From assembly GCA_007378985.1 (NCBI GenBank), contig VMHB01000001.1:128252-192251 (forward strand): 64,000 bases of DNA. Direction: 5' to 3'. This document shows, one piece after another, positions 48,607 to 59,073 of this stretch (position 1 is the stretch's first letter; each line of letters begins with the position of its first letter). The translations under genes were made by a program, and so were the position numbers. This DNA is from Parcubacteria group bacterium Greene0714_7. GTDB lineage: Bacteria > Patescibacteriota > Minisyncoccia > Phycocordibacterales > Phycocordibacteraceae. The notes beneath the pieces were generated by a model. That model was given only the letters and a program-made list of their open reading frames with translations, had not been told where the DNA came from and made no database searches.

Positions 48607-49116
48607 ATGAAAGATTTCAAAAAAGGAGGTGGTTTTGGTGGAGGAAGAAGCGGTGGTGGGTTTAAAAAACCTAGCTTTGGCCGTGGCGCTCCTCAGGGCG
48701 GTGGAAGTTTTCGAGGTGGCCCAAAGCGAGACTTCTCGGCACCTTTAGAAATGCATCAAGCAACATGTGTGGATTGTGGAAAAATGTGTGAGGTACCATT
48801 TCGCCCAAATGGAAAGAAGCCAGTATTTTGCAGAGATTGTTTTGCAAGCAAGCGAGAAGATTCATCGCGTTCTTTTTCACACGCTCCTTCAAATGCACGA
48901 CCAGCTTTTCGCTCTAATTCTTCTGAGGGTGGTGAGAGACAGGGAAATGATCTGAAAAACCAAGTTGAGCTGTTACACTCTAAGGTGGACAAGCTGACGC
49001 GAATGATTGAGGCACTTGGTGCCACTCCATCTGAGGATAAAACTGTTAGACCTTCAGGGAAAGCGTTAGTAAAACCGTCTGTTCGAAAAGCTAGTCCAAA
49101 GGTTTCGAAGAAATAA
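48607..49116 (+). CDS. CxxC-x17-CxxC domain protein with Gly/Arg-rich N-terminus
   Basis: CVDC, then 17 residues, then CRDC exactly. The GGGFGGGRSGGGF repeats resemble RGG boxes. Confidence 0.6.
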   Translation: MKDFKKGGGFGGGRSGGGFKKPSFGRGAPQGGGSFRGGPKRDFSAPLEMHQATCVDCGKMCEVPFRPNGKKPVFCRDCFASKREDSSRSFSHAPSNARPAFRSNSSEGGERQGNDLKNQVELLHSKVDKLTRMIEALGATPSEDKTVRPSGKALVKPSVRKASPKVSKK

Positions 49117-49182
49117 CTTCGAAAAATTTGCCATAGCGCACCAGTATTTCAGTATCCACTAAAAGCTTTTTAAATACACATT

Positions 49183-50640
49183 ATGGCAACAGCTCGTGGA
49201 GAAGTAATAGTTCGATTTGAAAAAGTCTCACACGACTTTACTATTCGAAAACCCATTTTGCGTGAGGTGGATTTTTCTATACGGAAAGGAACAAAGATTA
49301 CTCTCATGGGTCAAAATGGTGCGGGCAAAAGTACTATTTTTGGTTTGATTACTAAGACACATGAACCTGAAGATGGTCAGATTCATTTTCAGCATGGCCT
49401 CACTATTGCACTCGGTAGACAAGTGATTCCTCGAGACCAGATGGATCTTACAGTGCGTGAATTTTTCCAAAAGGTCTTTCCTCATAAGGTATATGATATT
49501 GATCCTCGTATTGACGCAGTTTTGGAAGTGGTGAACTTAGTTGCTCCCTATGAAAAGGTGATACGAACGTTTTCAGGTGGACAGCAAGCACGACTTCTTT
49601 TGGCATCCGCACTTATTCAGAATCCTGACTTGTTGCTTTTGGATGAGCCGACGAACAATCTCGACAAGGAAGGAATTGCGCATCTTACGAAGTTCCTCAT
49701 TGAGTATAAAAAGACCGTCGTTGTTATTTCACACGATGCAGAATTTTTGAATTCGTTTACACAAGGAGTGTTGTATTTGGACATCCATACACACACCATT
49801 GAGCAGTATGTGGGTAATTATTCTGACGTGGTTGCAGAAATTTCTGTGCGTATAGAAAAAGAAAATCGTAAGAATGCTCAGCTCGCTAAAGAAATACAAG
49901 AGAATAAAGACAAGGCGAACTTTTTTGCTAACAAAGGTGGGCAAATGCGTATGGTTGCAAAGAGAATGCGCGCAAAGGCTGATGAGCTTGAGGAGGCAAA
50001 AGTTGAAGTGCGTAAAGAAGATAAAGCTATTCGTTCATTTCGTATTCCATTCCAGCAGGGACTTATTGGAGAGATTGTGACTATTTCTTCGCTTACGGTG
50101 GTGAAAAAACATAAACCAACAGAGCGTAAAGTTAAGGTGGCGCTCCGAAAGAATGAGCATCTTCTGCTCGCTGGTCCAAATGGTATTGGTAAGAGTACTC
50201 TTTTGCAATCGCTTGCCGATGGAACAGCAAAGGGTGCTGATATTATGTCGGGGGTACGCATAGGATATTATCGTCAGGATTTTTCAAATCTTGATTTTGA
50301 TAGCACTGTGTATGAAGAATTGGCATCAGTACTCAGTACCCGCATTGAAGAAGATGTACGTAAGGTTGCTGCTGGATTTTTATTGAGTGGTGAAATTTTT
50401 CACTCAAAAATAGGTACACTTTCTGAAGGTCAAAAAGGTTTAGTGGCTTTCGCTCGCTTAGTATTGTTAAAACCAGGACTTTTGATTTTGGATGAGCCAA
50501 CCAACCACATAAACTTTCGTCACTTGCCCCTCATTGCGGAAGCTTTGAGCGCGTATGAAGGACCAATGATTCTCGTTTCTCACGTGCCAGACTTTGTCGC
50601 ACAAATTCGTATTGACGAAATTTTGGACTTGAACAGTTAG
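49183..50640 (+). CDS. ABC-F family ATPase (two fused ABC domains)
   Basis: Two Walker A sites (GQNGAGKST, GPNGIGKST) and two signature/Walker B sets. There is no TM domain. Confidence 0.8.
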   Translation: MATARGEVIVRFEKVSHDFTIRKPILREVDFSIRKGTKITLMGQNGAGKSTIFGLITKTHEPEDGQIHFQHGLTIALGRQVIPRDQMDLTVREFFQKVFPHKVYDIDPRIDAVLEVVNLVAPYEKVIRTFSGGQQARLLLASALIQNPDLLLLDEPTNNLDKEGIAHLTKFLIEYKKTVVVISHDAEFLNSFTQGVLYLDIHTHTIEQYVGNYSDVVAEISVRIEKENRKNAQLAKEIQENKDKANFFANKGGQMRMVAKRMRAKADELEEAKVEVRKEDKAIRSFRIPFQQGLIGEIVTISSLTVVKKHKPTERKVKVALRKNEHLLLAGPNGIGKSTLLQSLADGTAKGADIMSGVRIGYYRQDFSNLDFDSTVYEELASVLSTRIEEDVRKVAAGFLLSGEIFHSKIGTLSEGQKGLVAFARLVLLKPGLLILDEPTNHINFRHLPLIAEALSAYEGPMILVSHVPDFVAQIRIDEILDLNS

Positions 50641-50693
50641 AGGAAAGAATGTGCTAAACCCGGGTTTGGCACATTTGATATAGAAAAAATAGA

Positions 50694-52031
50694 ATGAGTG
50701 CAAAAACCAAAGTACCGGCAGTAACCCCTACAGCAAAAGAAGTTGTGTGGGATGTGGTGGTCATTGGGGGTGGCCCTGCAGGCATGATGGCTGCAGGAAG
50801 GGCTGGTGAGAGAAGGAAGCGTGTTTTGTTGCTTGAAAAAAATTCTAAAGTTGGAAAGAAACTTCTCATTACGGGCGGTGGTAGGTGTAATGTTACGAAC
50901 AACAAGCCTGATGTCCGCACGATGCTTGCGAAGTATACAAAGAGCGACCAGTTTCTTTTTTCAGCCTTTTCACAGTTTGCCGTAGCGGAAACTATTCGTT
51001 TTTTTAGCGATAGGGGAATGGAAATGAATGAGGAGCCAGAAGGAAGAATGTTTCCTGTTACAAATAAAGCGGAGACGGTATGGAATGTTCTTACTGAGTA
51101 TATGAAAGCAGGGCGAGTGAAGGTGCAGACGAAGGCTAATGTATCAGGAATTACCTTTAATAAGTTTTTACATAGAGTGATTATTACGTTGACGGATGGA
51201 TCTACTATTTCCGCTCGTTCGTGTATTCTGGCGACGGGTGGAACATCCCATCCAGAAACAGGTTCCACAGGCGAAGGGTTTGGGTGGCTGGAGTCACTTG
51301 GTCACGAGGTAATAAAGAATGATGCGGCATTGGTGCCTATTGCCTTGAAAGATAGTTGGATACACAGCGTTGCCGGTGTAGTGCTTAAAGATATTAAACT
51401 TACGATTTTTAAAAATGACATAAAACAGCAAGTGTACAAAGGGAAATTACTTTTTACGCATGTTGGCATTAGTGGTCCAACGGTTTTGAATATGAGTAGG
51501 GAAGTCGGCGAACTTTTAACTTCTTCCGAGGGGGATGAGTACTTGAAAGGGAATGCGGTATCGAAAGTACCAAAGAAGAGTGATGTCACTATTATGCTTG
51601 ATATGTTTCCGATGTTTGACCACGGAGTATTGCGAGAAAAACTACAAACAGTACTAACTACTGAGAGTAATAAAAAAATAAAAAATTCACTCTCTTCTTT
51701 TTTGCCCCCCTTGCTCGTTGCCCCTCTTTTAGAACTTGCGCAGGTGGACGGTGAAACCTTCAATCACTCTGTGCGCTCTTTTGAGCGCACAGCACTCGTC
51801 TCTATTCTAAAGGCGGTTCCTCTTCATGTTTCAAAGCTTTTGGGTAAAAATAAAGCAGTTGTTTCATCAGGAGGTGTGACGCTCCGCGAAGTGAATTTTA
51901 AAACTATGCAGTCGCGTATTGTGCCAGAAATCTATCTTGTAGGAGATGTGTTGAATATCAATAGGCCATCAGGCGGATACAGCTTACAACTGTGTTGGAC
52001 TACTGGATATATTGCAGGAAACAGTTGTTGA
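50694..52031 (+). CDS. HI0933/BaiN-family FAD-dependent flavoprotein
   Basis: VVVIGGGPAGMMAA ... LLLEKNSKVGKKLLITGGGRCNVTN. Confidence 0.7.
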   Translation: MSAKTKVPAVTPTAKEVVWDVVVIGGGPAGMMAAGRAGERRKRVLLLEKNSKVGKKLLITGGGRCNVTNNKPDVRTMLAKYTKSDQFLFSAFSQFAVAETIRFFSDRGMEMNEEPEGRMFPVTNKAETVWNVLTEYMKAGRVKVQTKANVSGITFNKFLHRVIITLTDGSTISARSCILATGGTSHPETGSTGEGFGWLESLGHEVIKNDAALVPIALKDSWIHSVAGVVLKDIKLTIFKNDIKQQVYKGKLLFTHVGISGPTVLNMSREVGELLTSSEGDEYLKGNAVSKVPKKSDVTIMLDMFPMFDHGVLREKLQTVLTTESNKKIKNSLSSFLPPLLVAPLLELAQVDGETFNHSVRSFERTALVSILKAVPLHVSKLLGKNKAVVSSGGVTLREVNFKTMQSRIVPEIYLVGDVLNINRPSGGYSLQLCWTTGYIAGNSC

Positions 52032-52132
52032 GTATTAAGTTCGGTATACCCCGTGAGATACGTCATTTAAAAATGATGTAGGTATTCGACAGAAAGGCAC
52101 GGTCGACCAGCATAGGTGAGTGGAACAATTAC

Positions 52133-52160
52133 TATCTCATGGGGTATACCCCATGAGATA
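52133..52160. repeat. 28-bp perfect palindrome TATCTCATGGGGTA|TACCCCATGAGATA (family 2), with half-site copies at 52043-52060 (inverted) and 52198-52214
   Basis: Seen directly. A T-run follows the central palindrome. Confidence 0.8.
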
Positions 52161-52191
52161 GGAGTTATTTTTACTACGCGCTTTTTTCTAG

Positions 52192-52794
52192 GTGTTTTAT
52201 CTCACGGGGTATACTGATTTTGTGAAAGAAACTATAGCAATTATTGCTGCATTGTTAGCGATTGTAGGGAACGCGCCCTATCTCATTGATATTTTGAAGG
52301 GGCGGGTAAAACCTCATGCATATACATGGTTTGTTTGGAGTATTGTTTCAGCAATTATCCTTTTTGGACAATTGAGCAAAGGTGCGGGAGTGGGGGCGAT
52401 CCCAACTGCTGCATCTGAGATTTTTACCATTATAATTTTTTTGTTCTCATTAAAATTTGGATTCAAAGGAATTACCAAAATAGATACTTTCTTCTTATGT
52501 CTTGCGTTACTCGGTCTCATTCCGTGGCTCTTGACTAAAGATCCAACAGTTTCGGTGATTATTGCAGTCTTAATAGATGTCATTGCTTTTGTACCAACCA
52601 TCAGAAAAACGTGGCTAGAACCAAAGACGGAAACCTCGATTCTTTTTGGAATGAATGTAGTGCGACACACTCTCGCACTCTTTTCTTTGCAGGCATATAA
52701 TATTGCAACAACCTTGCACTCTATCGTTATGATTACCGCAAACTCACTTATGACAGTATTGATTCTTCAAAAAAAGAAAAGAAAGTATACATAA
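52192..52794 (+). CDS. membrane protein
   Basis: 6 TM helices. The annotated start overlaps palindromic repeat C, so the true start is probably downstream. Confidence 0.4.
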   Translation: MFYLTGYTDFVKETIAIIAALLAIVGNAPYLIDILKGRVKPHAYTWFVWSIVSAIILFGQLSKGAGVGAIPTAASEIFTIIIFLFSLKFGFKGITKIDTFFLCLALLGLIPWLLTKDPTVSVIIAVLIDVIAFVPTIRKTWLEPKTETSILFGMNVVRHTLALFSLQAYNIATTLHSIVMITANSLMTVLILQKKKRKYT

Positions 52795-52800
52795 AAATAT

Positions 52801-53724
52801 ATGATAAAGATAAAAACACTCCTCTCTATTTTTTGTGTTCTCGCAATTGTGTTGGCGGGTATATTTTTTGTGTTTCGCAACACCTCTATTATTGAGCCTG
52901 TCATAAACGAACAATCAACCTCTCTGGCGTCGGTTTTGCCGAGCGTTATCATAGCGCTGACCAATACTGACCGAGTGAAAAATGGTTCCCCGCTTCTTCT
53001 TGAAAATCCACTTCTCACTAAGGCGGCACAGATGAAAGCTGACGACATGCTCGCGCGTCAGTATTATTCGCACACAACACCTGAAGGACATACCCCGCTT
53101 TATTTTTTGGATGCCGTTGGTTATAAATATTTAAATGCAGGAGAAAATCTTGATTTAACCTATGAGAGTACCGCAGATGATGTGCATACTGCATGGCTTA
53201 ATTCGCCCGCGCATCGTGCAAATCTTTTGTTACCGCAATACACTGAGATAGGGGTGGGGGTCGCTGAAGGAGAATACCGAGGTGAACATGTTACTTTTGT
53301 TGTGGAAATTATGACGACGCCGATGCCGTTAGTTAGCACTCTACCTCTGTGCTGTGAATCAGTTGAAGTAATCAAAAAACCTACGGTTAAAGCCAAAGCG
53401 CCAGTTGCATCTCCACAATTCATCCCTGTTATACCCGTTTCTTCACCAGCGTCAGTACAAACATCCTCTGAGACATTCATTTCTACTACCACATCAGCAC
53501 TTCCGCCAGTATTAGAGACAGTGCTATCTCAAGTTGCTTCAAGCTCCCTGCCATTGCCTACGCTTATTTTGTCAGCTTCAAGCACCCAAAGTGCCACTCA
53601 GCTTCTCGAACTATTTAAAAACACAAAAGTTTCTTTTATTGATTCAGTCCGCTCCTTCGTATCTAGTTTACAGAGAGTAACAAAAGAGCTCGTTATCCGT
53701 CTTGGAGAGAGTGTCCCGTTTTAA
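52801..53724 (+). CDS. CAP (SCP/PR-1-like) domain secreted protein
   Basis: N-terminal TM/signal. YYSHTTPEG ... GENL ... WLNSPAHRANLL CAP motifs. Confidence 0.6.
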   Translation: MIKIKTLLSIFCVLAIVLAGIFFVFRNTSIIEPVINEQSTSLASVLPSVIIALTNTDRVKNGSPLLLENPLLTKAAQMKADDMLARQYYSHTTPEGHTPLYFLDAVGYKYLNAGENLDLTYESTADDVHTAWLNSPAHRANLLLPQYTEIGVGVAEGEYRGEHVTFVVEIMTTPMPLVSTLPLCCESVEVIKKPTVKAKAPVASPQFIPVIPVSSPASVQTSSETFISTTTSALPPVLETVLSQVASSSLPLPTLILSASSTQSATQLLELFKNTKVSFIDSVRSFVSSLQRVTKELVIRLGESVPF

Positions 53725-53746
53725 TGTAAAATAACATTTAGTCGGT

Positions 53747-54400
53747 ATGGACAAAAAACTCGTTATTTTGATCAGCATAGCTGTTGTCGCGGTTACTATT
53801 TTTGTAGGGCTTGTATGGTATGGGGGACAAAAAACTCTCCCTATTACAGAAATACCTCTCGACAGCCCCATACTGGACGATGGCACACAATTTCATAGCT
53901 ATGGCGCTGTAACAATAAGGTTGGGTGAGCAGATAGTCTTCAAAGACCTGAGTGTAAAAGTTATTTCACTTGAAGAAGATAGTCGCTGTCCGACAGGTGT
54001 AGAGTGTATTCAAGCGGGGACAGTGCGTGTGAAAATTGAGATAGTCTCAGGGTTGGGAACAAGCACTCCTATAATAGGTTTAGGAAAATCAATCACAACT
54101 GAGGCAGAAGTCATTACCTTTACTGCAACAACGCCTTATCCAGCACGGGATGTTTCTATAGTCCCAAATGAGTATCAGTTTATTTTCACTGTCACAAAAC
54201 GCACCGCCCTAGGTTGTTTTATTGGAGGATGTTCTAGTCAAATTTGCAGTGACCAGCCTGACGTAGTGTCTTCTTGTGAATATCGCTCTGAGTATGCATG
54301 CTATCAAAAAGCTACCTGTGAAAAGCAGGTGAGTGGGAAATGCGGTTGGACAGAAACCCCCGCGTTCAAAGCATGCCTTCTTAATCCTCCTTCGCTTTAA
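53747..54400 (+). CDS. secreted Cys-rich hypothetical protein
   Basis: Signal anchor and multiple Cys in the C-terminal part. Confidence 0.4.
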   Translation: MDKKLVILISIAVVAVTIFVGLVWYGGQKTLPITEIPLDSPILDDGTQFHSYGAVTIRLGEQIVFKDLSVKVISLEEDSRCPTGVECIQAGTVRVKIEIVSGLGTSTPIIGLGKSITTEAEVITFTATTPYPARDVSIVPNEYQFIFTVTKRTALGCFIGGCSSQICSDQPDVVSSCEYRSEYACYQKATCEKQVSGKCGWTETPAFKACLLNPPSL

Positions 54401-55239
54401 TGCATCCGCCATACACATATGTGGCAGTCGGAGAACGATACAAAGTCCTCGAGAAGAAAGTCGGCGATACGCCGCTTCAGGTACTTGAGGAATTGCGAAG
54501 CAATAATGAATGGCTTCAGGGTATCTCGCTCACATACGCAGGCAGGCTTGACCCGATGGCAGAAGGGAAGCTTCTCATTCTCATAGGAAATGAATGCAAA
54601 AAGAGAGAACGGTACAACGGACTAGATAAAGAATATGAATTTGAAGTATTGCTTGGTTTTTCGAGTGATACGGGAGATGTGCTTGGGGTGGCTGAAGCGA
54701 GTGGGGAAAGGTATGCAGAACCTTCAGGAAAAGAGTTAGAAAAAGTTGTGCGCTCATTCATAGGCACTCATGAGATTAACTACCCAGCGTTTTCTTCAAA
54801 GACTATTAACGGTACACCTCTTTTTCAGCATGCACTTCAAGGCACTCTTCCAAATGATATGCCAACGACTACGATACACATATATAGAATGGAGTACCTC
54901 GGGGCAGAGATAGTAGAGACAAAAGAGTTAGTAGGGAGGGTTGTTAACAAAATAAATACACTTCAAGCTCCGGCAGATTCAGGAAAAATAGGAGCAGATT
55001 TCAGAAAAAAAGAAATTATAGAAAGGTGGCACTCTTTTAAAAATGTACAAAACAAAGAGTACACGCTCCTTAAGTTTAAGGCGGTTGTGTCTTCCGGCAC
55101 ATATATTCGTGTCCTCGCACCCTTAATTGCTGAAAGACTAGGAGTATCAGGATTGGCCTACTCTATACATCGAACAAAAATTGGTCGCTACCAAACCCTG
55201 ACAGGACATTTCGGTTTTTGGAGAAAAACCTTTACTTGA
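54400..55239 (+). CDS. truB: tRNA pseudouridine(55) synthase
   Basis: GRLDPMAEGKLLILIG catalytic motif. Confidence 0.7.
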   Translation: MHPPYTYVAVGERYKVLEKKVGDTPLQVLEELRSNNEWLQGISLTYAGRLDPMAEGKLLILIGNECKKRERYNGLDKEYEFEVLLGFSSDTGDVLGVAEASGERYAEPSGKELEKVVRSFIGTHEINYPAFSSKTINGTPLFQHALQGTLPNDMPTTTIHIYRMEYLGAEIVETKELVGRVVNKINTLQAPADSGKIGADFRKKEIIERWHSFKNVQNKEYTLLKFKAVVSSGTYIRVLAPLIAERLGVSGLAYSIHRTKIGRYQTLTGHFGFWRKTFT

Positions 55240-55298
55240 AAATGAAGTTTTTGTACGGGCATTTTCATTGTGCGCTATAGTAGGAAATAGAGACCAGT

Positions 55299-56399
55299 AT
55301 GGAAAAGAAATCTCCGAACGAGTTTATGACAAAAAAGAAGGTGTCACTTAGAGCCACTGTGGGTATATGCGTAGGATCTCTTCTACTTTTGTATCTTGTG
55401 GGTCATATAAATATTTTTGAGACAACATATTCTGTTGCAGAGGCTGAGGTGAGTGTGAAGACACCTGCTCCGAGGGCACCAGAAAAATTAGACAAGCTTG
55501 CCTACGATACACGACTCGTAAAAAATGCTAACTATGCAAGTACGACTTTAGCAAAGCGCACAGCCTCCTCCAGCCCACTCATGTGGCCAGCAAAGACTGT
55601 GTATCCAAACGCTGGGGCGATATTGCCCTTTAAACGCATTGTCGCCTATTATGGAAATTTTTATTCAAAAGGTATGGGAGTACTTGGTGAGTACCCAGCT
55701 CCTGAAATGATTAGAAAATTGAAAGCAGAGGTTGCTGTATGGAATGCAGCCGACCCGCACACACCTGTTATTCCTGCTATCAACTACATTCTCATCACAG
55801 CACAAGAGAGTGCAGGTAAGGATGGAAAGTACCGTCTTCGTATGCCGGACACTCAAGTTGACCGCGCAATTGAGCTTGCAAAAGAAGTGAATGGAATAGT
55901 TATTTTGGATGTTCAGGTAGGCTTGAGTAATCTTTCTACAGAGCTCCCTGTGTATGAAAAGTATTTCAAGATGCCACAGGTGCACCTTGGAATTGATCCA
56001 GAATTTGCGATGCCGAGCGGAGTGCGCCCTGGCCGAGTCATTGGTTCGTTTGATGCGTCCGATATTAATTATGCAGTGAACTATCTTTCAAAACTCGTCA
56101 AAGACAATAATCTTCCGCCGAAAGTTCTCGTTGTGCATCGCTTCACTGAAAATATGGTTACTAACTATAAGCAGATTAAACCTACCCCTGAGGTGCAGAT
56201 AATTATGGACATGGATGGATGGGGTTTTGGTGCAAAGAAAATCAATACTTACAATACTGTTGTGGCCTCAGAACCAGTACAATTTACTGGGTTTAAACTT
56301 TTTTATAAGAATGACTTAAAGCCTCCTTCTACTCGTTTACTCACACCAGCTGAAATACTCTCTCTCACTCCTCAGCCGTTGTTTATTCAGTACCAGTAG
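55299..56399 (+). CDS. membrane-anchored hypothetical protein
   Basis: N-terminal TM helix, 366 aa, no recognised motif. Confidence 0.4.
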   Translation: MEKKSPNEFMTKKKVSLRATVGICVGSLLLLYLVGHINIFETTYSVAEAEVSVKTPAPRAPEKLDKLAYDTRLVKNANYASTTLAKRTASSSPLMWPAKTVYPNAGAILPFKRIVAYYGNFYSKGMGVLGEYPAPEMIRKLKAEVAVWNAADPHTPVIPAINYILITAQESAGKDGKYRLRMPDTQVDRAIELAKEVNGIVILDVQVGLSNLSTELPVYEKYFKMPQVHLGIDPEFAMPSGVRPGRVIGSFDASDINYAVNYLSKLVKDNNLPPKVLVVHRFTENMVTNYKQIKPTPEVQIIMDMDGWGFGAKKINTYNTVVASEPVQFTGFKLFYKNDLKPPSTRLLTPAEILSLTPQPLFIQYQ

Positions 56400-56564
56400 T
56401 TTTTTAGTCTAGAATGAACATGGAGTAGGTGTGTGTAATAAAAACACATCTGCACCGTCATATTTCTAGAGCGGTTTTAAAAGACTCACGAGTAATTGTA
56501 ATTATGCGATAACTCGAGATATATATGTGTCCTTTATTACTATTTATATATTTATAATAAAATT

Positions 56565-57131
56565 ATGACTAAGAAAAATATACTCATCGCAGTTGTTGTT
56601 ATTGCCATTCTTGCGTTTGGCACTTGGTATCTGGTCTCTAAAAATGCAAACCCTGTCTCGACGACAGGGACAGATATAACTACCGGTATCCCCGACACAT
56701 CTGGTACTACAAATCCGGGTACTGTCGTAACACCCACAAAGGGAACGGGTGCGCTTAAGACCGCATTTACTCAAGGTGGAAATTACATCTGCACACTTAA
56801 TGCGCTTGCAGATGATAACGGAAAGACTGCGGGAACAGTGTATGCATCTGCCGGAAAGACACGAACAGATTTTCGTGCAGAGAGTGCGGGTGGAGTAGTA
56901 ACAGAACTTCATATCATCCGAGACGGAGCATCGGCATACACGTGGATATCAGGTCAGACAACGGGAACCAAGACCGCAATCACTACTGCAAGTCCGTTTG
57001 TTCCTCGTCAGCCCTCGGGAGCCGGTATTGCTATAACTGATGAATCCTCGGTTGACTGGGATTGTCACCCTTGGTTCACTGACAAAGCGCAGTTTGTTCC
57101 TCCATCAAACATTACCTTTATTCAAGGATAA
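56565..57131 (+). CDS. secreted Thr/Gly-rich hypothetical protein
   Basis: Signal anchor. A terminator hairpin (AAACCTCTCA-CTT-TGAGAGGTTT plus T-run) follows at 57168-57196. Confidence 0.45.
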   Translation: MTKKNILIAVVVIAILAFGTWYLVSKNANPVSTTGTDITTGIPDTSGTTNPGTVVTPTKGTGALKTAFTQGGNYICTLNALADDNGKTAGTVYASAGKTRTDFRAESAGGVVTELHIIRDGASAYTWISGQTTGTKTAITTASPFVPRQPSGAGIAITDESSVDWDCHPWFTDKAQFVPPSNITFIQG

Positions 57132-57514
57132 AGACCTGTAGAGGAAGTTCGATTTCTTTAATTAACATAAAAACCTCTCACTTTGAGAGGTTTTTATGTA
57201 CCCGCTCTCGCTACCTTCATTATTTGTGGGGTACAGGGGCTTAGCGTATATTCTATTAAACATATGAGCCAAGAAGGAAACAGGAATCGTTTTAAGGTGG
57301 GAGGTAAGCATCGGGGTAATGGGCAGGAAGGCTCAAAAGATAAGGTAAGGAAATGGTGTAGTGGCTGTGAGCAAAAAAAGAAGGTGTTTCCAAAAAATAC
57401 ACTTTGCCCTGATTGCGGAGCAGTGCTTTCAAGCACATAACGTCAATCCACAGTAGGCTATTTGTGCCCCGTGCTATTATCTACAGCCCAACTTTTAAAT
57501 TAAAGGAATAATCC

Positions 57515-58351
57515 ATGTTACCTACAGCCGTTATCGCGTTCAGAGAGTTTTTTGAAGCCTTCCTTATTGTTGGTGTATTTTTAGGTGTCTCTAAAGCCCT
57601 TGGACTAAAGAGGGAAGTAGAAATTGCACTGGCAGCGTCCCTTGGAATACTTATGTCGCTAGTGCTCGTTGGGGGCACATATTTCTTTAGTGGCCAGTTA
57701 GGTAATTTTCTCACCGAGAGGACTGTTGAGCTCTTGGAAGGTTATGTAATGGTTTTCTCAGGACTTTTCCTAGTGTATGTCATCTTCTCTCTCCACTCTG
57801 TTATGAGTGCGAGTCGCAAAGACATGATGGGTAAAGCAGAGGCGCGTTTTAAGGAAAATGTTTTTGATATCTCATTATTTTTTACTATCGTTTTTCTTGT
57901 TATACGCGAAGGGTTTGAGATTGCACTTTTCACTGCGAGTATTGCGCTCTTGACGACATTCATTCAAAACTTCTTGGGGTTGCTCCTAGGTCTTACTGGA
58001 GCAAGTGTCCTCGGTATCTCTACCTTTTTTGCCTACACCCGTTTTCCTATAAGGAAAATATTTAAGATAACGGAATATATGGTTATTCTTTTGGGTGCGT
58101 CGTTAACACAAAACGGCATCACTAAGCTTTTTGAAAACTACTTCAACATACATCTATCTAACATAGTACCCATTAATCTCTTTTTTCTTCCAGACGCAGG
58201 GAGTGTGGGAGGGCATTTGATTCGAAGTCTTATAGGTATTGAGCAGGAATTCAGTCTTGTTCGTTTGGGTATTATGCTTGTATATATTGCCCTTATATAT
58301 GTACTCTTCATGCGTACACGAACAAAAAAAACTCTCATCACAAAAGAGTAG
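57515..58351 (+). CDS. FTR1-family iron permease
   Basis: Two RExxE motifs (REFFE, REGFE) in TM helices. Confidence 0.65.
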   Translation: MLPTAVIAFREFFEAFLIVGVFLGVSKALGLKREVEIALAASLGILMSLVLVGGTYFFSGQLGNFLTERTVELLEGYVMVFSGLFLVYVIFSLHSVMSASRKDMMGKAEARFKENVFDISLFFTIVFLVIREGFEIALFTASIALLTTFIQNFLGLLLGLTGASVLGISTFFAYTRFPIRKIFKITEYMVILLGASLTQNGITKLFENYFNIHLSNIVPINLFFLPDAGSVGGHLIRSLIGIEQEFSLVRLGIMLVYIALIYVLFMRTRTKKTLITKE

Positions 58352-58416
58352 TCTGTATTACCTAGCATATTTGCCGCTCTAGTTCCGCTGGCTTAACTTC
58401 TGATACCCTGTGCAGT

Positions 58417-59073
58417 ATGAGCTTTTCTGTTGAAGAACATGCAGATGCTGAACTTGAAAAAAGTGGTGCGCTGACCACAGCACGCATTCAGTCTCTAGGC
58501 GACAACATTTTTGCATTTGCGATGACCATATTGGTGTTGAATTTTCTTCTTCCAGAACTTGGACGAGAGGTGAGCTTAGGGCAAGTGCTGTCAGGACTGT
58601 CATTTAGTTTTCTCACCTATGTGATGAGTTTTATTGTACTCGGCGTTATGTGGGTGAGTCAGCAAAACCAGTATCACTTCATAGAACGCACCGATCGCTT
58701 CTTTCTTTGGATAAATATTTTCTTCTTAATGTTTGTCGTGTTTATACCATTTTCAACCAACATGCTTGGGCTCTATTACGATTCTGCCCTTGCGGTTCTT
58801 ATATACGGTCTTAATTTACTCATTTGTGGTGCACTTCTTTACATGCATTGGTCATATGCCACACATGCGCACCGTCTCGTTGCACCAAATTTAAGCGATC
58901 GCGTCATTAAGGTTATTTCATTTCGTTTTATTTTCATTATTCTTTGGGTATCGGTTGCTGTTCTTGTGTCTTTTCTTTCAATTCCCGCTGCATTTTTCCT
59001 TTTTGTTCCGGGCATGATTTTAGGGATGATGCCTACCCTGATGGATCGGCTCGCGCACCGCTTTTTTTCGTAG
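58417..59073 (+). CDS. DUF1211 (TMEM175-like) membrane protein
   Basis: RIQSLGDNIFAFAMTILVLNF matches the TMEM175/DUF1211 signature. Confidence 0.5.
   Translation: MSFSVEEHADAELEKSGALTTARIQSLGDNIFAFAMTILVLNFLLPELGREVSLGQVLSGLSFSFLTYVMSFIVLGVMWVSQQNQYHFIERTDRFFLWINIFFLMFVVFIPFSTNMLGLYYDSALAVLIYGLNLLICGALLYMHWSYATHAHRLVAPNLSDRVIKVISFRFIFIILWVSVAVLVSFLSIPAAFFLFVPGMILGMMPTLMDRLAHRFFS

Noticed and set aside
57183-57440. 85-aa ORF with C-terminal CxxC ... CPDC, starting inside the upstream terminator hairpin
   Set aside because: Its annotated start lies within the terminator stem-loop (57168-57196). A shorter Zn-ribbon peptide from a later start is possible but unsupported.
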